Position numbers and translations under genes: made by a program
Shown here: one piece after another, positions 1-8,379 of the stretch
How positions within the stretch are numbered: position 1 is the first letter of the stretch
Layout: every line of letters begins with the position of its first letter
NCBI RefSeq assembly: GCF_000018785.1
Contig: NC_010163.1
Span: 1,230,001-1,262,000, forward strand
Direction: 5' to 3'
DNA: 32,000 nucleotides
DNA from: Acholeplasma laidlawii PG-8A
GTDB taxonomy: Bacteria; Bacillota_I; Bacilli_A; Acholeplasmatales; Acholeplasmataceae
The notes under the pieces: generated by a model
Database searches by the model: none
Told to the model about the DNA's origin: nothing
The model's input: the letters and a program-made list of their open reading frames with translations, nothing else

Positions 1-81
1 AAATGCTGGGTTATCTACCATTAAACGAAACGCAAGTCTACCAATACGACCAAATCCGTTAATTGCTACTTTGATAGCCAT
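1..81 (-). CDS. gapA: Glyceraldehyde-3-phosphate dehydrogenase, N-terminal fragment (continues past the left edge)
   Basis: Reverse complement of 1-81 reads MAIKVAINGFGRIGRLAFRLMVDNPAF, the classic GAPDH NAD-binding N-terminus (INGFGRIGR). Preceded by AGGAGG-type RBS. Confidence 0.93.
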   Translation of the reverse strand, partial: MAIKVAINGFGRIGRLAFRLMVDNPAF

Positions 82-169
82 ATGTAATTCCTCCTAATAT
101 TTTGATTTTTATTCACTACTATTTTATCATAATAATTTTATTATGCTCATATTTTAGGATATTTTCGAA

Positions 170-184
170 TTGTAAACGTTTACT
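170..184. promoter_or_regulatory. Candidate catabolite-responsive element (cre)
   Basis: TTGTAAACGTTTACT fits the cre consensus WTGNAANCGNWNNCW at all positions; core GTAAACGTTTAC is a perfect palindrome. Lies between divergent gapA and the CYTH gene. Confidence 0.6.
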
Positions 185-251
185 TACCATAATCCCCATT
201 ATTTAAAATTTATTGCAACTATGATATAATTATTACAAGAGGTATATTATA

Positions 252-809
252 ATGCACATGAATGTAGAAATTGAATTTAAAACACGCATCACTAAAGAAA
301 AATATGATGAACTTATTGATATATTTGAATTAGACCAAAATGTTTTCAAACAAACTAACTACTATTTTGATACACCTGACCTTGATTTAAACAAACGCTC
401 TATGGTCCTTAGAATCAGACATAAAAGAGACGCTTTTAAATTAACGTTAAAGTCTCAAAGTGAAACAGGTTCATTCGAGTATCATGTCTTAATTGATGCT
501 GAACAAGCTGAAAAGATGAAAAAGGATGGATTCCATACAAAAGAATTCTTCGAACAAATTGATTATCATGTATATTTTCAGACATCATTAGACAACTTTA
601 GAGCATCTACACCTTACATGGGTGGTATTCTATTCTTAGATTATAATGAGTATTGCGGTAGAACCGATTACGAACTTGAATATGAAGCAGATCATTTTGA
701 AACTGGTTTAGAAATCTTTAACAAGATGTTACACAAATTCAATATTGAATTTGAACAAACCAAGAGAAAAAGCGAACGTGCACTACTTTGTATTGTACCA
801 ACTAAATAA
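252..809 (+). CDS. CYTH-domain protein (triphosphatase/YjbK-like)
   Basis: N-terminal VEIEFKTRITKEKYDEL, then NYYFDTP, LRIRHK and TLKSQ motifs typical of CYTH domains; RBS AAGAGG and TATAAT upstream. Confidence 0.75.
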   Translation: MHMNVEIEFKTRITKEKYDELIDIFELDQNVFKQTNYYFDTPDLDLNKRSMVLRIRHKRDAFKLTLKSQSETGSFEYHVLIDAEQAEKMKKDGFHTKEFFEQIDYHVYFQTSLDNFRASTPYMGGILFLDYNEYCGRTDYELEYEADHFETGLEIFNKMLHKFNIEFEQTKRKSERALLCIVPTK

Positions 810-818
810 ACACTTAAC

Positions 819-850
819 AAACGTTTAAACTTCTAAGTTTAGACGTTTTT
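819..850 (+). terminator. Rho-independent terminator candidate (first of two tandem hairpins)
   Basis: AAACGTTTAAACTTCTAAGTTTAGACGTTTTTTT forms an imperfect hairpin followed by T-run. Confidence 0.6.
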
Positions 851-857
851 TTATCAT

Positions 858-892
858 AAAAACACCTACTGATATCAAGTAGGTGTTTTTAC
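858..892. terminator. Bidirectional Rho-independent terminator
   Basis: AAAAACACCTACTGATATCAAGTAGGTGTTTTT: long GC-containing stem flanked by A-run and T-run, between convergent genes. Confidence 0.8.
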
Positions 893-926
893 ATGGTGCT
901 ACTTAAGGTTCCCCGCCCTTAAACCA

Positions 927-1682
927 TCACTTTTGAATCAACTGGCTAACCTCACTTACGTGATTAGTCTTCGTTGATTGATCTTTCAATATGGCCGAAT
1001 TTAATCTAGACTTTATTTCATTTAACATGTCATCACTAAATATATCTGGTCCATGGGATAATATATCTTTTGTATATTTTATAGTATTTTTTGTCTGCAT
1101 CACAGGTGATGTGCTATCCACTTGGATTTTACTTAACTTACTTCGATTTGAAAAGCTAACCACTGGATAGACTGATTCAAATGGAATGGTTAAATAGTTT
1201 TCTAGTGCTTTATGGTGTGCATAGTTTTGCCTTAACGGATTATAAAACTTATGTTTACTAAAATAATTTAAAACTTGTGTCCAATAGGTATCTAGTTTAG
1301 AACCATAAATATAGCCCCCATAGTTTTTAACTTCGTATACAATTAAACCTTTTTTGCTGACAACTAATAGATCTAATTCTGTATGTGTTGTATTTAAACC
1401 TGGTAAATAAATATTTGTATATATTTCATCTTCTTTAACAAGTCTTTTAAGTTTACGGTATAACCTAAACTCACCCATATGACCTTTGTTAAAATAAGTT
1501 TTGAAAAAGCCATTACCTGACTTCTTCTTATAGCCACTTTGGTAGATAGTTATCACATCATAGATAAAACAAATGATTTTAATTAATAGGTTGATCGTAA
1601 ATATTGTCAGTGTTACAAGTAATGAGGCTACCCCTACAAACACATCTACAATATCTGCTTGTTTCTTTTTTCTTCGTGCCAT
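927..1682 (-). CDS. NERD (nuclease-related) domain protein with N-terminal membrane segment
   Basis: Hydrophobic segment VFVGVASLLVTLTIFTINLLIKIICFIY, then NIYLPGLNTTHTELDLLVVSKKGLIVYEVKNYGGYIYG, the NERD pattern (E.D.ll....gi.viE.Kn..G.i). Confidence 0.75.
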   Translation of the reverse strand: MARRKKKQADIVDVFVGVASLLVTLTIFTINLLIKIICFIYDVITIYQSGYKKKSGNGFFKTYFNKGHMGEFRLYRKLKRLVKEDEIYTNIYLPGLNTTHTELDLLVVSKKGLIVYEVKNYGGYIYGSKLDTYWTQVLNYFSKHKFYNPLRQNYAHHKALENYLTIPFESVYPVVSFSNRSKLSKIQVDSTSPVMQTKNTIKYTKDILSHGPDIFSDDMLNEIKSRLNSAILKDQSTKTNHVSEVSQLIQK

Positions 1683-1751
1683 CTTTTATGCCCTCTTTTC
1701 AAGTTATCTTTAATCGGTATGCTCATTATAGCGACATAAAAAATAAAAAAA

Positions 1752-1780
1752 AGATGTTGTGACAATACAGCAACATCTTC
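1752..1780 (-). terminator. Rho-independent terminator of the membrane-HTH gene
   Basis: Minus strand AAGATGTTG-loop-CAACATCTT followed by TTTTTTTTTATTTTTT. Confidence 0.75.
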
Positions 1781-1804
1781 TATATGATTGTGACAATTAT
1801 TCAA

Positions 1805-2785
1805 CTATTTGTCTTGATAAAGCTTTTGAGGTGGTTTACCGTGGGCATCAAATATAATCTCATATTGATTATAGTACTTGGAGATATTGATAAAATCTAT
1901 AATGTTTAAACTATATAATAAACAGCTTAATATAAGTATAGGAATATTTAATGTAGTTGCAAACAACGTAAACAATATATAAACAAATTGAAACGAACTA
2001 AAACTTAAAAGTAATAGACTTAAATCATAGCCATCTAACTGATTATCATAGCGAACCACTTTAAATCTAAACGGTATGTGTGCGACAGATACTATTAAGA
2101 GCATCATTTGAAGCAGCATAACTACTATATAAAGACTCATGATATAAGCTATCGATGCCTCTAATTGAGTGAATAACAAGATACAAAATACTAACAGTAG
2201 AATCATCAGTATGAACATGATAATTCTACTGTAAATATTTAGTTTAACTGAAACTTGCTTAAGTGGTTTAGCTTCATAATATATATCATCAGTATAATTG
2301 ATAATAAACTGTTCTCTTCTTTTTAGATATCTAATAAGTATATATAAAGAAACAGTCAACATACCAAACACTACAATCATAAAATAATCACTATTTAATT
2401 TAATAATCTGTGCAACAAAAGATACTATTACAGATATAACTACGAATAAAAATATTAATATAACAGGTTTTCTTAAGAAAGGTTTATAGTTTAAAAATAG
2501 TTTTATTTTTTGTGGTATTTGAGGTTCAAATCCGGCTTCTACTGCACCGATTCTTAAAAGTTCATTTTTAGTGTAGTAAAGTTCATTAACACTTATATTA
2601 AAATATGAAGCCGCTTGATAAATATGTTCCGGACTCATGTTAGAAACACCACTTTTCCATTTAGATAAAAGTGTCCTATCTAAATCGTTTGCTAGTGCGT
2701 AAGCTGACATCGTAATACCTTTGGACTTCAAATGCTTAAAGAAGTTATCCTGAATAATTTCTTGTCTTCTTGTAATTTGATCCAT
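1805..2785 (-). CDS. XRE-like helix-turn-helix protein with about six C-terminal transmembrane segments
   Basis: N-terminal ITMSAYALANDLDRTLLSKWKSGVSNMSPEHIYQAASYFNISVNELYYT is HTH_XRE-like; the rest has about six hydrophobic helices. Start preceded by GGAGAGG. Confidence 0.65.
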   Translation of the reverse strand: MDQITRRQEIIQDNFFKHLKSKGITMSAYALANDLDRTLLSKWKSGVSNMSPEHIYQAASYFNISVNELYYTKNELLRIGAVEAGFEPQIPQKIKLFLNYKPFLRKPVILIFLFVVISVIVSFVAQIIKLNSDYFMIVVFGMLTVSLYILIRYLKRREQFIINYTDDIYYEAKPLKQVSVKLNIYSRIIMFILMILLLVFCILLFTQLEASIAYIMSLYIVVMLLQMMLLIVSVAHIPFRFKVVRYDNQLDGYDLSLLLLSFSSFQFVYILFTLFATTLNIPILILSCLLYSLNIIDFINISKYYNQYEIIFDAHGKPPQKLYQDK

Positions 2786-2837
2786 TTAAAACCTCTCCAC
2801 ATAGTATCATTATAAAGTCATTGTACCATGAATAAAA

Positions 2838-2865
2838 AAAGAATAACTCGTAAAAGTTATTCTTT
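2838..2865 (-). terminator. Terminator overlapping the 3' end of spx
   Basis: Minus strand AAAGAATAACT-loop-AGTTATTCTTT followed by a T-run. Confidence 0.7.
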
Positions 2866-3318
2866 ATCAGTTTCATTTGTATCAATTGTTGCAAAATATC
2901 TGCTTAATGTGTCTTCGTAATGTGTAAAATCCTCCTCAGAGTTTTCTCTCATGATCATTTCACGTAATTTCTTAGGAATAAACACACGAATTTCTTCATC
3001 ATTATAACCTACTTGCATGCGTTTAGCATCCACGATAATTGGTCGTTTTAAAACAGATGGATGGTTAATAATGAAATTTTTAAGTTCAGATACAGACATA
3101 TCTTCTACTTCTAATTCTTGTTCTTTAAATACTTTAGAACGTGTTGAAATAATGTCATCAAATCCGTTTTCAGCGTGATGTAACATCATCTCAATGTCGG
3201 TATCATCTATGCGGTGGTTGAATAAATTCTTTTCCTCATATGCTACCTTATGCTCATCGAGCCACTTTTTTGCCTTACGACATGATGAGCAACTTGGAGT
3301 CGTATAAATTGTAATCAT
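2857..3318 (-). CDS. spx: Spx/ArsC-family transcriptional regulator
   Basis: MITIYTTPSCSSCRKAKKWLDEHKVAYEEKNLF...IISTRSKVF...HPSVLKRPIIVDAKRMQVGYNDEEIRVFIPKKLR closely follows Spx, including the N-terminal CxxC; about 20 aa C-terminal extension. Confidence 0.88.
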   Translation of the reverse strand: MITIYTTPSCSSCRKAKKWLDEHKVAYEEKNLFNHRIDDTDIEMMLHHAENGFDDIISTRSKVFKEQELEVEDMSVSELKNFIINHPSVLKRPIIVDAKRMQVGYNDEEIRVFIPKKLREMIMRENSEEDFTHYEDTLSRYFATIDTNETDKE

Positions 3319-3502
3319 CTTTAGTCTCCTCCTATCATGCTACTCTAATTATATAGGGCTAACGCCTTCAAGAGTGTCTACTGTTATTATATAGTTTTGT
3401 CAAACAATTTACAATAGTAAACCCGGAATTTATTTTTAACCTCAAACTGAAAACGTATTCATTAAACAAATGTGCATATAATAACTTGTTTTCTTTATAT
3501 TT

Positions 3503-3531
3503 TTGTATTTTATTGATATAATTACTATAAT
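3503..3531 (+). promoter_or_regulatory. Candidate promoter upstream of pepF
   Basis: TTGTAT (3503-3508), 17 bp spacer, TATAAT (3526-3531); the RBS lies just downstream, so the leader would be very short. Confidence 0.55.
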
Positions 3532-3553
3532 TTATTTAAGGAGCGTGGACCAT

Positions 3554-5317
3554 ATGTCAAAATGGGATTTATCAGTCTTTTATCCAAATGATGAAGCATG
3601 GGAAAAAGATTTTAATTTATTAAAAACAGAGGTTGCTAAATTCAGTAATTTCAAAGGGAAACTAGGGAATTTTGATGATTTCTTAGCTTATCATAAATTC
3701 GATGAAGAAGTCACTAAACTCTTATACAAAGTATATGCATATGCACATTTAGCATCAGATTTAAACTTAAAAGATACTAAGAAAATGCAAATGAATCAAC
3801 AAGTTGGTTTAGTGTTATCCGAGTTAAATCAATTAACTTCATTCATCTCACCAGAGATTATTGACCTAGGAAAAGATACTGTGCTAGCATTTGTTGAAAA
3901 GGATGAATTCTTAAAACCATTTAAGTTTCCTTATGAAAAGTTATTTAGAGGTCAAGAACATATTCTAGATGCGAAGAGTGAACAGTTAATGTCTAACTTC
4001 TCACCAATTAAGAATATCCCTACTTCTTTATACCAAGCATTATCTACAATTGATCGTAAAGATGAAACAATTAAGTTATCAGATGGAAGTGATGTATTAG
4101 TTACTCAAGCTCAATTTAGAGCATTAATTGAAGATGCTAAAACACCTGAAGATAGAAAAGCAATTTTTGAATCTTTATATAGAAAATATGTAGATAATAA
4201 AACAGCATTTGCTGCAACATACAACTTAGTTTTACAATCTCTATCAGCAAATAATAAAAATAGAGGTTATGCATCCAGTTTAGATGCAGCACTCTTTAAC
4301 AATAATATTCCTACTTCAGTATTCCATAACTTAAAAGATACTGCATATGAAAATACACATACATTAAAACGTTATATTGAAATTAGAAAAAAAGCTTTAG
4401 GTATGGACGAGTACTTCACATATGATCGTTTCTTACCACTTGCAAAATCCGGTAAAAAATATCCATATGATGAAGCCAAAGCACTATTCCTAGAATCTAT
4501 TAAAAACTTCCCTAAAGAATTCGTTGATAACCAAAAAGATGCAATCAAAGATGGCTTTGTAGATGCACAACCTCAAGATGGTAAACGTAGTGGTGCTTAT
4601 TCTTCTGGTATGTATGGTCATCATCCATTTATCTTATTAAATCATAATGATACATTAGATGCAGTCTTTACCCTAGCACACGAAGCAGGACACTCAGCAC
4701 ACTCAATTTTCTCTGATGCTGCACAACCAATGGCTATTTCTAACTACACAATCTTTGTTGCAGAAATTGCATCAACATTTAATGAGCATGCTCTATTAGA
4801 TTACCTATTAGAAAAATCTAGTTCTAAACAAGAAAAGATTGAATTACTATCTTTAGCAATCGATAACATTCATTCAACCTTCTACCGTCAAACTTTATTT
4901 GCTACTTATGAATATGAAGCCAATAAACTTGTAAGTGAAGGGAAACCAGTCAATGAAAAAGCATTAAGCCAAATCATGATTGATTTATACCAACATTACT
5001 ATGGTTTAGATATTACTAAAGAACCTGGTAAACAATATGTTTGGGCATATATCCCTCACTTATTCTACACACCGTTTTACGTATACCAATATGCAACAGC
5101 ATTTAGTGCTTCATTAAAGATTTATGATAATGTTAAATCCAATGAACCTAAAGCATTTGATAACTATATTGCGATGTTAAAAACTGGTGGATCTATGTAT
5201 CCAGTAGATGAAGCAAAAATTGCTGGTGCAGATTTAACTAAGAAAGAATCTTTCCAAGCAGTCGTTAAACGTATGGAATCTTTATTAGATCAACTAGAAG
5301 CTTTATTAAACGAATAA
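3554..5317 (+). CDS. pepF: Oligoendopeptidase F (M3 metallopeptidase)
   Basis: Zinc motif HEAGHSAHS, plus GKRSGAYSSGMYGHHPFILLNH typical of PepF. ATG at 3554 follows AAGGAG at 3538-3543, so the track's 3503 start is probably too long. Confidence 0.93.
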   Translation: MSKWDLSVFYPNDEAWEKDFNLLKTEVAKFSNFKGKLGNFDDFLAYHKFDEEVTKLLYKVYAYAHLASDLNLKDTKKMQMNQQVGLVLSELNQLTSFISPEIIDLGKDTVLAFVEKDEFLKPFKFPYEKLFRGQEHILDAKSEQLMSNFSPIKNIPTSLYQALSTIDRKDETIKLSDGSDVLVTQAQFRALIEDAKTPEDRKAIFESLYRKYVDNKTAFAATYNLVLQSLSANNKNRGYASSLDAALFNNNIPTSVFHNLKDTAYENTHTLKRYIEIRKKALGMDEYFTYDRFLPLAKSGKKYPYDEAKALFLESIKNFPKEFVDNQKDAIKDGFVDAQPQDGKRSGAYSSGMYGHHPFILLNHNDTLDAVFTLAHEAGHSAHSIFSDAAQPMAISNYTIFVAEIASTFNEHALLDYLLEKSSSKQEKIELLSLAIDNIHSTFYRQTLFATYEYEANKLVSEGKPVNEKALSQIMIDLYQHYYGLDITKEPGKQYVWAYIPHLFYTPFYVYQYATAFSASLKIYDNVKSNEPKAFDNYIAMLKTGGSMYPVDEAKIAGADLTKKESFQAVVKRMESLLDQLEALLNE

Positions 5318-5364
5318 TCTTTATAATTGACTATTCAAACATAAAATTATACAATATGAATAAG

Positions 5365-5562
5365 CAATGATAAGAACAAGTAACTACTAACTTTTTATTT
5401 AGAGACCTATAGCTTGGTGAAATATAGGAAAAACTTAGTCGTGAATGGACCTTGGAGCTTATACAACTACATATAAGTGCTAGATTTTTATCTAGAACTA
5501 AGGTGGTACCGCGAAATTACATTTCGTCCTTAGAAGTTTTATACTTTTAAGGACGATTTTTA
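5365..5562 (+). promoter_or_regulatory. T-box leader (tRNA-Trp responsive) of trpS
   Basis: T-box CTAAGGTGGTACCGCG (5498-5513); specifier TGG at 5446-5448 in GTGAATGGACCTTGGAGC; terminator hairpin CGTCCTTAGAAG...CTTTTAAGGACG + T-run at 5525-5562. Confidence 0.93.
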
Positions 5563-5580
5563 TTTATAGAAAGGAATTAT

Positions 5581-6588
5581 ATGATGAAAAGACTTGTATC
5601 AGGCATTAAACCAACCGGTGAGTTAACACTTGGTAACTACATTGGTGCAATCAAACAATTTGTTAAACTACAAAATGAATTACCAGATACCGAATTCTTT
5701 ATTTTTATTGCTGACCTACATGCAATAACAACCCCACAAGATAAGCAATTATTAAAAAAGAGAGTACGCGATATTGCAGCATACTATATCGCATGTGGAC
5801 TGGATCCAAACAGAGTGAACTTATTTGTTCAATCTGAGGTGATGGAACACGCTATGCTTGGTTACATTATGGAATCTACTGCTTATATTAATGAAATGGA
5901 GCGTATGATTCAGTTTAAAGAAAAGCGTACCTCACAAACTGAAGGCGTTCGAACTTCCCTTTTAACTTATCCAGCACTCATGGCTGCAGATATTTTACTA
6001 TATGATGCAAGTATCGTACCAGTTGGGGAAGACCAAACTCAGCACTTAGAACTTACAAGAACACTAGCTCAAAGATTTAATCACTTATATGGTGATACAT
6101 TCGTCATACCTGAAGGTCATGTTACTAAAGTTGGTGCTAAGATTAAAGACCTTCAAGAACCAACCAAAAAAATGAGTAAGTCTGAGGGCTTATCTCAAAA
6201 ATCTTATATTTTATTAGAAGATAATTTAAATCAAATTAAAAATAAGATCAAGTCTGCTGTAACAGATTCAGATACTAAGATATATTTTGATGAAGTCAAT
6301 AAACCAGGTATCTCTAACTTGCTTACAATTTATTCAGCAATTACAGATACACCAATGAGTGATATCGTGGATAAATACAAAGATGAAACATCTTATGCCG
6401 GCTTTAAATCTGATTTAGCTGAAATCGTTGCAGAACATATTGGTCAAATCCAAGAAAATTATAAAACTTTAATGGCTTCAAATACCTTAGACGATATATT
6501 AGATACGGGTGCTCAAAAAGCGTCCATGTATGCTCAAAGAAAAATTTTGAAAATCCTCTCGAAAATGGGCTTGAAAAGAAAAAAGTGA
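5581..6588 (+). CDS. trpS: Tryptophanyl-tRNA synthetase
   Basis: SGIKPTGELTLGNYIGAIKQFV and KMSKS (KKMSKSEG) class I signatures; T-box with Trp specifier upstream. Confidence 0.96.
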   Translation: MMKRLVSGIKPTGELTLGNYIGAIKQFVKLQNELPDTEFFIFIADLHAITTPQDKQLLKKRVRDIAAYYIACGLDPNRVNLFVQSEVMEHAMLGYIMESTAYINEMERMIQFKEKRTSQTEGVRTSLLTYPALMAADILLYDASIVPVGEDQTQHLELTRTLAQRFNHLYGDTFVIPEGHVTKVGAKIKDLQEPTKKMSKSEGLSQKSYILLEDNLNQIKNKIKSAVTDSDTKIYFDEVNKPGISNLLTIYSAITDTPMSDIVDKYKDETSYAGFKSDLAEIVAEHIGQIQENYKTLMASNTLDDILDTGAQKASMYAQRKILKILSKMGLKRKK

Positions 6589-6613
6589 TTTTATAATCAC
6601 TTTTTTTTATACC
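6580..6613. terminator. Bidirectional terminator between trpS and the EAL gene
   Basis: AAAAAAGTGATTTTATAATCACTTTTTTT hairpin with A/T runs on both sides. Confidence 0.75.
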
Positions 6614-8232
6614 ATATTTTTATAAAACGCTTCAAGGTCTTCTCTTTCTAGAGGTTTAGATAGGTAATAGCCTTGTACAATGTCACAGTTCATACTTTTA
6701 AGTATATTGAGTTGTTCTTTCGTTTCAACCCCTTCTGCAATAACTTTAATATTCAAATCATGTGCTAAGCTTATTAATTTTTCTATCATTTTTTGGTAAT
6801 TTGGCTTTGTTATATTTGTGATAAATGATCTATCCAGTTTAACAAAATCCATTGGTACATTGACTAGGTGTATTAATGAATTGTACCCAGTACCAAAATC
6901 ATCTAATGATATTTTAATGCCCATCTGTCTAAATTCTTTAAAAAGCTCTATGACTCTTTGACTTTTATCAAGTACACTTCTTTCAGTAACTTCTAGTTCT
7001 ATTAAAGAAGGGTCAATCTCACAATCAGTTAATATATGCTTAATGAATGAAGTAAAACCATCATGATTAAAATCTCTCGGGGATATATTGATGGATGCTT
7101 TAATTTCAAGTCCTACGGATTTTAGGTACTTTAATTCTTCGATTACTCTCCTTATAACGATTCTTGTTATTTCCGTCATAAGCCCTGCTTCTTCAGCAAC
7201 TGGTATGAACACTAAAGGACTAATTGTACCCTTAAATGGGTGGTGCCATCTTAATAGCGCTTCTACACTTTTATGTCCCTCACCCTTTAGACATATTTTA
7301 GGTTGATATACTAAGTGAAATTGATCATTTTTTATTGCATGAAGTAATTCAGGTATAAGCTCACCATGCAATTTACTTCTTCTTTCCATTTCATCATCAA
7401 ATTCATGAATACCAAAGTCATTAGTTGTTTGATCTAAAATCATAGCTGATTTTTTTAATGCATCATGGGCATCTTTTATGTGTACTGGATATTGAACAAT
7501 ACTTCCATTTAATAAGATTCCTATTCTATATTTGTCTATTTGGATGGAATCAGCAGTCTGATTAATTAGATCATTTCCTATCCCAAGCGCGTAGCTATAA
7601 TCCGAGGATGGGATAATTGCTGTAATTTCATTAGAACTTATAGAATAAACCATGTTTTTATGATTATCCGAAAGCATTTCAGATATTTTAATTAAAACCT
7701 TAGTCCCAATTTCATAGGTCATATTTTGTCTAATACTATTCATATTAACAATTCTAAATCCTAATAATGAAAACGGTGTTTTAGATTCAATAAATTCATC
7801 TAAATCATATTTTAATTTATTCATGTTAGGGTAGTTTGTTATACTACTAACATATAATCTTTCAAGTTCCAATTTTTGATATGCCTTTATTTGTTTATTT
7901 AATAAGGCGTTGATAGCACCAATTGCTATAAATATAACCACTCTAAATACCCAAGTCGTAGCCGGTTGCATAATCTCTGCCTGAACATCTTGTGGCATAA
8001 AGGGACCAAGGATTAAGCCTGAAATAAGCGCAATCACAATGGTTTGCCAAAAGCCTAATGCATATCCTGCAATTAGAATTGGTATATACATCAGGTGGGT
8101 ATAAGAATATCTTGAACCACCAAAAATATAGACAATTAAAGCAACAACTACAACCATTAATAAGATTATCAGCCATTTTGTAAAGGAACTATATGTAAAC
8201 TTTGAATTCTTGTTTAAAAAGTTATTAAGCAT
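6607..8232 (-). CDS. Membrane-anchored EAL-domain protein (predicted c-di-GMP phosphodiesterase) with degenerate GGDEF-like region
   Basis: N-terminal hydrophobic helices; EAL signatures VEALLRWHHP, NISPRDF, ELEVTERSVL, DDFGTGYNSL, VKLDRSFI, VIAEGVET, VQGYYLSKPL. No GGDEF motif; the equivalent region is ISSNEITAII. Confidence 0.88.
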   Translation of the reverse strand: MLNNFLNKNSKFTYSSFTKWLIILLMVVVVALIVYIFGGSRYSYTHLMYIPILIAGYALGFWQTIVIALISGLILGPFMPQDVQAEIMQPATTWVFRVVIFIAIGAINALLNKQIKAYQKLELERLYVSSITNYPNMNKLKYDLDEFIESKTPFSLLGFRIVNMNSIRQNMTYEIGTKVLIKISEMLSDNHKNMVYSISSNEITAIIPSSDYSYALGIGNDLINQTADSIQIDKYRIGILLNGSIVQYPVHIKDAHDALKKSAMILDQTTNDFGIHEFDDEMERRSKLHGELIPELLHAIKNDQFHLVYQPKICLKGEGHKSVEALLRWHHPFKGTISPLVFIPVAEEAGLMTEITRIVIRRVIEELKYLKSVGLEIKASINISPRDFNHDGFTSFIKHILTDCEIDPSLIELEVTERSVLDKSQRVIELFKEFRQMGIKISLDDFGTGYNSLIHLVNVPMDFVKLDRSFITNITKPNYQKMIEKLISLAHDLNIKVIAEGVETKEQLNILKSMNCDIVQGYYLSKPLEREDLEAFYKNMV

Positions 8233-8335
8233 ACAATCACCTGTTATTTTCTATAATAAAAAAATATGTCTGTTGCCCTCTTGATTATGTTTATTATACT
8301 ACATATTTTAAAACCTTAGATATATTTGAAAAAAA

Positions 8336-8363
8336 TCTAGACTGAAATGGTATTCAATCTAGA
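8336..8363 (-). terminator. Terminator downstream of the lipid kinase gene
   Basis: Minus strand TCTAGAttGAAT-loop-TTCAgTCTAGA then TTTTTTTC; interrupted stem. Confidence 0.5.
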
Positions 8364-8379
8364 CTGATTTTTCTATATT

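Noticed and set aside
3503-3553. N-terminal extension of PepF (MYFIDIITIIYLRSVDH) as a possible signal or membrane segment
   Set aside because: It overlaps a good promoter (TTGTAT-17-TATAAT), and a strong RBS precedes ATG 3554, so the segment is probably untranscribed or untranslated.
7088-8176. ORFs 7088..7306 (+) and 7943..8176 (-) within the EAL gene
   Set aside because: Entirely inside the EAL-protein CDS in other frames and composition is non-protein-like; shadow ORFs. Likewise 10184..10372, 10794..11105, 11352..11573, 13446..13640, 18562..18744, 19906..20172, 20415..20621, 22384..22587, 24124..24363 and 28322..28873.
8334-8364. Direct repeat AATCTAGACTGA ... AATCTAGACTGA
   Set aside because: Only two copies. 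TCTAGA is self-complementary and, with GAAT/TTCA pairing and a T-run, the region is better explained as a terminator for the minus-strand lipid kinase gene.
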